Source: Lingula anatina (Eukaryota; Animalia; Brachiopoda). Taken from it: 64,000 nucleotides of DNA. The notes under the pieces were generated by a model. It searched no databases. It saw only the letters and a list, made by a program, of their open reading frames with translations, and was not told where the DNA came from. Made by a program: the position numbers and the translations under genes. Shown here in pieces: positions 24,982-36,200 of the stretch. Numbering within the stretch: position 1 is the stretch's first letter; every line of letters starts with the position of its first letter. Location of the stretch: the NCBI GenBank assembly GCA_051362555.1, contig CM120640.1, positions 21,700,001 through 21,764,000 on the forward strand. Reading direction: 5' to 3'.

Positions 24982-27239
24982 TCATTTGAAGTTTGCATAT
25001 GGCTCAAAAGAGTCCAAATATGCTAAAGCAAAGTCATAGCAGAACCTATACTGCTCCTAAAATAATAATAATAACATAAGTATTATTTTATGTTTATAAA
25101 TATTTCTATTTTCAGTATTGATTCATAGCTTATAATATTAAAGAAACATTAAGATTTTTAGATATATCAACAAGCTGGGAAATTAAAAAAAAATATATAT
25201 ATATATCAGTGTATGAAATTCAAGGAAATTACTAGCCAGACCGCCGGGCAGGTAACTCTGAAAAGTTACCAGCCCGGCCATGTAGTTACCTGCCCTATTT
25301 ATGATAACCCCTAGAGTTAAGAGAGGTATGCTGAGGGGGTCTAAAATGCATTCTTGGGAGAGTAATTTGGAGCAGATAACGTTACGTCATTGTTTTGTGT
25401 AGAGGAGATACCGCGAGTAGCAATTTGTAGGTTGAGAGTAATAAAAATGTGAAAGTATAAAAAGTTATGATATTGATTAAATCGACTTATAGGTACATGA
25501 AGTGCTTATAATCAACAGTAATAAATTCAATGGAGGCAAATAAAAGGAGAATTTTACAAAAAATTTGAATCCCATAATTATGAGTGAACGTACGAGTTTA
25601 AGCCGTGCGTCAGATGTAGTTCTTTTCCCACGTGCTTTCATCTTGGGCTGTCAAAAATGAAAAAATTCTATCAAGTCCGATAGAGAAGTTCACAAAAGAA
25701 AAACAATAGATGCATTCTTGGGAGAGTAATTTGGAAATGAAAGGGCAATATCATGCCTTATGCATGGAAATTTAGAAATTTCTACTGAATGATACCTTGT
25801 CAGTGTTGGATTTAGAGGGGGTCAAGGGGCTCCTGACGCCCCCCTTTTAATTTCTGTAAAAAAAACTCACCTCTTGAAATAAGATTTTCACTAGTTGAAT
25901 CATAGTTCTAAACCATACCAAATGGCACCATTCACCATCTAAAATACCAAAAATTTTCAGGGCCCTTTAGCAGTCGGGGGAGGGCGGGGGTAGTCAATTC
26001 AGTTTATGTTCACCTTGCAGGCTGTCTCATTTCTTCGTCAATAATTTATTCATAACTTTTATTCCGATTTCGTGATAGGCCTATAATTTGATCATAATTT
26101 TTGCTTTTTTGTATAGCAACAAGTATGACCAAAAATATATATATTGTTGTCAAATAAATCGATCTCTGTGCTAACAATAAAGAAGAAAAAATTTAGCACG
26201 TAGGGTCCCTTTGAATATCGCTTTTAAGCTTTAAAAAGCGGTCGGGAACGGTCCTGCACGCTAATGGCCCATAGACAGTCCTGCAGGGCCCCGTATCTCG
26301 AAATCATTGCTTATTGAGAATAGCTATATATATATCACATAGAGGCTACAATATCATTTTTATATGGGGCGAGTATGGACGAGTTATTGGATCGAGATGC
26401 TTGCGCTCGATCGCAATGCGTGATACTTTCGGGTTACGGTTTTACGAAAAAAAATGTTGCCGCTCGACTAATTGCAAATCGAAGTCACCTTTCCATTGGT
26501 TCCAATTTGTTATCTTTCGTCGTAATCTTTGTTAGTTTTATTTCTTTCCTCTATTGTTTTTCTTTTGTGAACTTCTCTATCGGACTTGATAGAATTTTTT
26601 CATTTTTGACAGCCCAAGATGAAAGCACGTGGGAAAAGAACTACATCTGACGCACGGCGTAAACTCGTACGTTCACTCATAATTATGGGATTCAAATTTT
26701 TTGTAAAATTCTCCTTTTATTTGCCTCCATTGAATTTATTACTGTTGATTATAAGCACTTCATGTACCTATAAGTCGATTTAATCAATATCATAACTTTT
26801 TATACTTTCACATTTTTATTACTCTCAACCTACAAATTGCTACTCGGGGCATCTCCTCTACACAAAACAATGACGTAACGTTATCTGCTGTGCACTGAAG
26901 CTGGTTAAGAACATTGTGCCTCGTTTCAAATTGTCTTTCAACTTCATATCACACAGACAGAACTTCGAAAACGAGGCCACTGAGAGGGAGACTGTTGGTT
27001 ACATTTCGATACGAGCGTTCGATTGCAAGCTATGGTTAGTTCTTTGCTTCTATGAAAGTGGGTGAAAACAGTGAGTTTATTTGATATTTTGCTGAAATGG
27101 CTTGTGAACATAGACAAAATAAAAGGTGAAAATAGGCTGTAAAAACAGCCAGCCCGTCGGGCGGGTAATCTGCAAATCTTACCCGCCCGGCCTGAAAGTT
27201 ACCAGCCTCGGGCTGGCGGGCAGGCGGCCATTTCATACA

Positions 27240-27278
<39 letters not shown>

Positions 27279-30200
27279 GTGGCTGAAGCTAGTTTACAAA
27301 GCACTGACAAAAAATTTACTTTGCAGCTAATATTCTAAAACAATGAACTGCCTGAACCATTTCATACAACTCATTTGAATGAACAATTCTTCACATTTAT
27401 AAACAAGGATGAAACTCTGATACCCCCTTACCTTATTTTTTATCAATTGTTTCCTGTTAATTCTCAAATGGTTGACAGTGTGGTAGACATCCAGCTCCTG
27501 CTGAGTTTTGATTTTGTCCATGATGTAGTACATTGCACAGAAAACCCCACTCTGACTGGCACCATCCCTACAGAAAGAGTACATAATATAAGAACAAAAA
27601 TAAATATTGGTTCATATAGATTAAGACCAACCGCTTTCAGGTTGTTAAAATTGTCTTGCTGTAAATCATTCCTAAATTATCTTTTTGCATTACTAAAACT
27701 AAACTCTTAGTTTTCAAAACCCATAGTTTGATGCAACAGTTGAAAGAACAAGTAATGAATAATTCCTGTACATTCCACAGCTAAAGTGATTATTTAAAGG
27801 GGATCCCCTATACTCACATGCAATGTACTACAATGGTTCTGTCCCGTGTCTGCTGCTGCCATTTCTCCACTGCAGACAACAGCGCCAACAAAGATGGCAT
27901 GGACTGGGGAACTGAGTCTGTTTTGCTCCAACATGTGTATTGGAACTGGCGGATGATGCGGAACTTGTCTGCAGACTGAAATGTTTTAAATCAGATTTGC
28001 TTTGACTTTGGGTGACAATGCAATTACATGCCTTAGTATAGGTAGTGAAACAGTGATGCAGAAGACCACTTAGTGCTTTTACAAATGTATTTTCTATCAT
28101 GTTACAATCTTAACATTCACTCTGTGTTTAATCATCAACCTTAATTTCATTAGTTGGAATAAATTTCCTTCCTATAAATATCATATCATTTATATTTTAG
28201 CTACACCTATTGGCCAGTTAGAGCAAAAAAAGTATGCAGAATGCCATCAAAGTGTATAAACTGCATTATAAAACACATCATCACTCCATAAATTGATGAA
28301 AATCCAAACAATTACTGAAAAAAGACTTACCTGTCGCTTGTGTGTAAGTTTAAAGTCTCTAGTAATCATTCCTATGCCCATATTAGAGGAGACCATCTCC
28401 ACTTTAAATGGACCATATTCCTGGGGTTCTGCCTGCTCTGGCCAGTAAGGTACACAACTCTCATCACTGCTGTCCATCTCATTCAACATCACAATAGAAA
28501 ATATCATGTGATCATGAATCATCCTCCAAAAGTCTACAGCAGTGTGCTGGAGTGGCATCTGCGTGATGATTAAGGCATCTCTTTTACGGAAACCCTAAAA
28601 TATCGACAAAAAAATCAAAATTAATTTTTGACCATTCTTTTCAAAAACTATTCTCCTTTAACTGATGGATTACTTCCAAAAGTTAAAACCTGTCAAAACT
28701 GCTGTTTTTTTTATTAAAAGCATGACACATAAATAGTTATTTTCATCAAAAATGCTGACACGTTAACTTACGTCAATAAATGCTGCATTGATGTAGTCTG
28801 TGCCCTCCTTGTTCTCCAGGGGAGTCATCAGGTGGGGGCGGGCATGGTTGGCAGGAACCATGTCTGGGACTCGATTCTTGTTTGCATTTTTGGCATCGCG
28901 GCCTGACGTCTTCTCTGGCTCTCTGGGTATGGACGATGTCAGCTTGTTTAGGAGGTCAAACTGAGCATCCATCTCTGTCTCGCCTGTGGCGGGGTTGACC
29001 TTGAGGAGGTTGTTATACCTGTGCCTCATGTCAGTGCAGAACATACCAGTGTTCCCACTGAGCAAAGCCTCTAACAGAGCATCATGAAGGAAGATGTACT
29101 GCTCCTGTAATATAAAAGAAAATGTTTTAATATATCAGCAAATCATAGTACATACCGATGGTTTGACCTAGTAGGACCTATAGGAGATCACCACACAGGA
29201 ATATATTTTTATGTACTATATAAAAATATCATAATGAATAATGCAATACTGCTCCTTAAAAATTATGGACCAGATAAAAAAGTGGTCCTGCAAATAATTA
29301 TTTTGAATTGGAGTATCTGTACAAAGGCACCATCAGAAGCTTGAAAACAGCAAATTATCAAATTTCCATCTTCTCTGCTTGCCAGCAGTGATATCCTATC
29401 AAGTACTAAGATTTAAATGAAAATTATTTTAGAGATAGACAGAGCAAACTTACTAAAGTCTGTATCATTTTAACTCTCTGTTTCCTCATGAGATGCACCG
29501 TGTTAAATATGTCCACCACTCCCTCCACCTTGGCTTGGTCTAGGAGATAATCTAGAGCTATGAATGTCCCAGACCTGCCTACACCAGCACTGGAAGATGG
29601 AAAAATATAAGATAACTAACTGGAAACAAACATCAGATTAATATCTAAAATTGAATTTTAATGTGATGAAGAACATTTAAAATATCTTTCTAACACTTCA
29701 TACCCAAAAAATCAAAATACCTTTGTGAAGACTTACAATGTCACAGTAACTAAATCATCAATAAAATCTGAATATTAAGAGTTATGAATAATTTTCCAAA
29801 TAATGCTCTATTTATCTACTGTTCAACATGTATCTTCTGAAAAGAAGTACTACAAGACAGTGCGGGGTGGTGAACCTGATGACTTACCTGCAGTGTAGAA
29901 CCATAGTGTGGTGTGCAGTGTACTTTAACTTACCTGCAGTGTAGCACCATAGTGTGGTGTGCAGTGTACTTTAACTTACCTGCAGTGTACCACCATAGTG
30001 TGGTGTGCAGTGCACTTTAACTTACCTGCAGTGTAGCACCATAGTGTGGTGTGCAGTGCACTTTAACTTACCTGCAGTGTAGCACCATAGTGTGGTGTGC
30101 AGTGTACTTTAACTTACCTGCAGTGTAGCACCATAGTGTGGTGTGCAGTGTACTTTAACTTACCTGCAGTGTAGCACCATAGGGCCTGATTGTGGCGTGT

Positions 30201-33200
30201 GGTAAGCTTTCACTTTTCTATGGAATGCTAACAATGATGTAGCGAAGATTGGTACACCATGGTCCGGCCATGTTGTGAAGTGAAATTGCTTCACTACTTT
30301 GCTTTCATTACCCTGTGAACAAGAAATGGGCAAGTCATCACAGCTTCCATCTTATTAAAGAGCTGAAGTATATCTAATTTTATCTTATTTAAGAGCATAA
30401 GTACACCTAAAAAGGCAATATAAAACAATCTGATGTCAAAATTTTACGATAAAGGTGTTGACTTTTGTATTATTGTGGATCTTTAACTGTGTGTCTTACC
30501 TTATTTAATTCAAATGTTCTTATTGTATAATCTGCTATAATTTCTACTTGTTTAACTTCTACTGTAATTTCTCCGTAAGTTGTCTTGTCATTCCTAGGCC
30601 AGTACTGTTCACATTTGGCCTGAAATTGATATAACACTGAACCATTACACATTACCATAGTAAATCCTTTCTAAATTTAACCACAGAATCATTAAACATA
30701 ACTTTAAAATCTTTTTTTTTTTTTAATTTTATCATACTATTCCTGGTTGACTTTTGAAACCTTTCTAAACACTTGTTTCAATTTTTTCAAAATGTGAATA
30801 AAAAAATATCCTCTTACCCTGCCACCTTCTACTAAGTTTGTCACCATGACAACTGTTGATACATTTTCCTGCCATATCATTCTCCACCAATCAGCAAGTG
30901 TAACTTTACTGGGACCTTGTGTTGCAATGTAGGCCTTGGAGTCTTTGTAACCCTGAAACACAATCACATGCCACTTGACAACCAATAATAATATATTTAT
31001 TTATTTATTATTTTAAGTCTAAATTCCAAATCTGTTCAGTAGACTTTACAATAAGTACAATTATGTGCTGTACACATACATAACAGTTTGATGTCTCATC
31101 ATTATGGTCTGTGTTGACAAGAAATAAAAAATATACATGCTATAAAAACAAGCTATGAAAAGGTAGCCTTTTTTCCAAGTCACACCATCTTCCAAGCAAA
31201 TGTTTTCTTATGAGAGGGATCTTACAATCTACAAAGGTTGTTTATACTTACATCTATATAGTTTGCATTAATATAATCTGAGAGTGGGTCACCTTCATAT
31301 GGTTCTAGCACCACTCTGGAGTGATCATCTGAAAATAGAAGACAAAAATAGGTTGATTAAACATCCCCAAATATATCATCAATACTTAAATATTCTTCAA
31401 GCAGCTTCACTGTTGAAAACGGTGATCTAAAATATGTGATATCTTAATAAATACTATATTCCACCAACTAAAAATGTATTTTGTATATCTAAGACATTTT
31501 TTAGTTTTGCACTTACATGCAATAATGTTCCCATATCTGTTCTTGTGTTTGTTTTCTATCTTGGAAGCTACATCATGTTGAGCAATGAAACCACTTGGAA
31601 GAAGCTGTGGAAAAGAAACAAATAAACTACAAGGTAACATATGCATGATATAGCAAGTGTTACCTTTAAATCAGGCTTAAAACCTACATTACATTAAACT
31701 TGAGTAAACTCCAGGTAAGAACCAAAATTTGAAGAAGACTTACATTTTACTGACAATTTCAGAACTGCACTTATATCTCCATCATACATACCTCATACTC
31801 CTGTTTAAATCCCATAGTCGTACTGTCTCTTTTGGCCATTACATAGTCATACAGTTTCTCTACTTCTATGGGCTGCCTAATGGGTGTGGTGTCCTTGGTC
31901 ACATTGTCATACAGTGGCTCAGAGGCCAGTTCATACTCTGGGGGTTCACCATTGGGCAACAGGCTGTCTGTACACTGGGTACTGTCCATATCTGAAAGAA
32001 AAGAGCAGAATTTATATTAAATCTCCATCTTTCATAATCAAACACTGCACACTATTACTTCAGCAATGCACAAATGAGATATTAGTATAAATAACATCCC
32101 AAATATGTGTACTGTAACATCCATGTTTAATTACTAGAGAAAAAAAAATTAACTGCACTTACTCTATATAATATCAGATGTTTTCACAAACATCTACATG
32201 CATTTTGTTTAAAACTAATCTTGGCTGTGTTTACCAATAAAGATGTACTGGATACTGTAAGTATCACAACTGCTTCATAATTCTGATAAGAATACAATAT
32301 CTAATCTGGTCATACCTATAGAAATGCCTTTCACATCCTGGGGACTCTTCTCTGTCTCTGTACTGGAGTTCAGCAACTCTTTACTCTGATGCCTCTTCCT
32401 CCTCCTCATAAAGATGGCAGCCACTAGTGCTGCCACAAGAATTGCAATCACAATCAAAGCCACAGCAATCCCTATTGTTGTCTCTCCTGTGGCTGCCTCT
32501 TTGGGAGGGGGAACAAAGACTTGAGCTGTAAAGAGACAAAATATGTTTTAATATGGGTACAATAACTGCTGTGAGTAAATAATGGCCTGCTCTGACTTTT
32601 ATAACTTAAAACTATGCACTTTTATATTGGATATTGTGAGCTCTGCTGGAGGTTCTAAATTCAACTTACTGTATGAAAAAATAGATCTGTTCTTACGTCT
32701 GGTTTGAAAGCACTGTGCACTTTGTTAATCAAGTAATGTCAATGCATCAGTCAACCAAAAGTCAGAATGACATACTCAACATGTTCTACAGCAAAAAAAT
32801 GCCATTTAAAGAGCCTCTCACCTAACATGGGCTCCCCAGCTTTACTGTAGGTGAACACAGTAATTCCATCAGCTGAGCTGCCAGCTCCAAACCATAAGCT
32901 GTACTCTGACCCCTTCTCCAAGGGGGCATTATAGTAGCCTCCATACTTCTTCCCATTTCCCACAACAAACCTCCTGGGTCGCCTCAGCTCTCGGGCTGGA
33001 AACTCAGCCGCCAAGTAATGACTCATATTATGCTTCATTGCTTCAAAATAATCAGGAAGACTGACTTTGGTGTTCAGCTCCTCAACTGTTATGGACCTTC
33101 TACGCCTGTTGGACTTTTTTGGAAGTCTCTCTACAACCAACCTGTACAAACTGTAAAATAATACATAAATAAGCTATTAGAACTGATCTAGTGAGTTTAT

Positions 33201-36200
33201 ATTAACCAATTTTAGTCAGAAAAATTAAGACACTAAATATATGAAAATAATAATAAAAATAATAAAATATATACGTAAATTCCAGGCCAGTAAACCTGTC
33301 TAGTAAAAAACAAGTAGTCTTTCTATGGACAACATAATATCACCTACCCAACATCATCAAGTGCTGGTTGTAGATTTACAGAAATGGTGGTGTCTGTTGT
33401 CTCTTCTTTGATGATTTGGGGGACTGAGGGGGCAACAGGTTCTACAACAAATGAAGAAAACCATAAAAATGTTAAACAGATTCAATAATGCTCCTACAAT
33501 GATAGGTAATATGTTCAGGATGATCAACCAATTCAGAAAGTTAAAAGATAAGAACACAAACCAGTAATATTGAGTAACAATAAGAATCCAGTTTGATTAA
33601 TATGTGGAACACAACTAAGGAGGGGCGGGGTAGACTCATGCTATGTGACTTACGTTTGGGATAAGTCCAGACATCAATGGAGATAGCTGGACCAAAACCT
33701 TTGGAGGTGCTGGCATTGACGCTACAGCGGTATTTTGTCCCTGGGCTGAGATTGTCAACCACAGCCGAGTTCTTCTGAGGAGCCACCCTGGCTTCCTGGC
33801 TCCTTCTCTCCACATTTAGATATCTCTGAATTAAGCCCTTTTCATCTTGAACAGACACAGTGAGAGCATGAGGGATGCAAGCAACCTGGAAGAAAAAACG
33901 CAAGTCATAATTCCACTGGGTTTAAACATCAATAAAATATTTGACATACCTTTACATCCCCAGAAAAAAGCTGAAGGTAATTCACTGTCTCAATCAAATG
34001 AAATACATAAAGAGACAACAGGGAGACACTATTCTTCATGTAAAATTTCACCAACTTCAACTTCTACAATTTGCCTGAGGAATTTTTCTATCTGTCAAAA
34101 CCGCCTCAAGTTATTTATCTCTGAGCATCTTAAAATGCATAGAAAATCAACAGAAAACCATAACTATCTTGTTTACAGCACTTACATAATAATCCCTGAG
34201 TGTTCCTCCTAGGTAGGTAGGAGGTTGCCAGGCCAGGACAATCAAGGTATTACTCCTGGAGCTGTTCCGTATGGCATATGGTGGACCGGGTACTAGAAGA
34301 GAGAGACCAAACATTAAACATATACTTCCACACCGATTCCCATATCAATACCAACAAATTTTTCAACTGTCCACAGAAATATTCACTTATCATTTTTATA
34401 CAAGATTATGTGCAAAATGGCACTTTTTCAATGCCTATAAACTTTAAAACAGAACGTATCAACAGAGGTCTTACATGTTTCATCAGTCATGTGAGGCTTT
34501 GTATCCGTCCATGGGCCATATCCCTTGATTGTCTTGGCACGTACCTAAAAATACAATAACAATTAGTTACTTAAATCAAAACAGAAAAAACAATAATACT
34601 ACTTTTAATTGGAAGAAGCCAATCAATAAACCAAGTGTAAAACAATATCCGAATTTCACTGTATACAATTAAATATCAAAATAACATCATATTCATTTTC
34701 CCTCCCTACCATCTTCAAAATGCTTTACATACCCCTATCCCATATTTAGTGTGTGGATGTAAATCTTTGAGCACAGTTTCCCGTATCCTGGTGGCTGGAT
34801 AATTAATGGTAACATTCTTTCTCTGCTGGTCCGTGGCCCCATACAGCCACCATGCCACCTGGTATTGGATGATTTCACCACCAGGGGGCTCTGGTGCATC
34901 CCACCGTACAATCAGGGAAATGCCATCTTTTGGGGAAACATTCACATTTCTGGGCTTTCCAGGGGCTAGAATGTTACAAATTGCGAAAAGGTGAAAATGC
35001 ATAGAAAGGCTCTTCTAATGTCAATATACTATACTGTTACTTTTTTTTTCAACTAAAACAGACAATCAGTATATTGTAATCAATGAATGTTTCTATTCCA
35101 CTGTAACTGTTTTTCTTTTATTATAATTTCAACTGCAGATTCAAGAATTTACAAAGTGTCCTTCAAAGAGAAATAAATTAGGTAAGCAAAAGCTGGAGTC
35201 AATAGTATGCAAAGGCCTGTGTGAACTTCCACTTACTATGTTCTGGAGTGATGATAGCCTCCACATTGGACACAGGACTCCTGAGCTGAGCATTATTCTC
35301 AAACTGCACCCTAATGTAATACTTGGTGTATGGAACCAGGCGGTTAAAGGAGTGGACAGACACCTGTTTCCCTGGGAGTAAGACTGCCTCTCCATTCACC
35401 ATAGGACTGGTGCTGATGTACACTATCTGTTTCTCTACATTGTCACAGTTGTAGGAGGCTGGTGATGGCAACTGGATAGAGAAAGGGAGAAATGGTTTAA
35501 CGGAGTTTAATTTCATTTTTGGTTGAACACTGACACATATGATTTACCTCAATGACAAAAGAATACATGAATAGTGGAAACTTGCAATGGCTTTTGTATT
35601 AGAGCAGAAAAAATTAATAAAGAGGAAACTTACCTTCCAAATAGCTGTGATTTTTGTTTTATCAAAATTATTGTAACTGCTATTCAACTTGCCCAAAATG
35701 GGAGCTTCAGATGGAGCTGTGAACAGAATAAGACTTGGCATTAGTGCTTGATACAAAAATGTTTCAAATGACAAAAGATGAATTATTTTTAATTCATTTT
35801 TTTTATAAATCAAAACATAAAACTGCTGCAAAACATAAAACTGCTGCTTCATAAAATAACCTTTTCATCCCAGCAAAATCAAATGCAGTGGTATAAAAAA
35901 ATTGCAATCAAAAACTAATGGTTGCTAATTTCCAAGAGTACAGTAGCATGACTTACCATCACATGGCGTCTTGTATTCTGCCACTTGACTAGGGTTTCCC
36001 CTTCCCCCTTCTCCTTCACGTCTAGGAATCACACGGAAGAAGTATCTTGTATTGGGAAATACTTGCACCTTACTCATGAAGTAATGGCACTGTTGAAAGC
36101 ACCTGTTGAGGTCTCCTTCATATCTCCAATCCATCTTAATATGTGTGGCCGTTTCCACTGTATATTCCACAATAGGGCCATCTCCCTGGTCGTCCTTTTC

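Larger units (their letters stand above)
25207..27242. mobile_element. Non-autonomous TIR DNA transposon (~2.04 kb) in the last RPTP intron, inserted in (TA)n
   Basis: 13-bp TIR CAGTGTATGAAAT (25207-25219) / ATTTCATACACTG (27230-27242); GC-rich subterminal GTTACC(A/T)GCC motifs at both ends; (TA)n on both flanks; no transposase ORF. Confidence 0.8.

Noticed and set aside
25371-26889. 340-bp inverted repeats as the long TIRs of a foldback/MULE element
   Set aside because: No TSD flanks the pair; the 26-bp duplication surrounds the left arm only, which fits a templated insertion
29882-30182. CRISPR-like regular array
   Set aside because: Units are near-identical head-to-tail with no unique spacers, no cas genes are present and the context is a eukaryotic intron; it is a minisatellite
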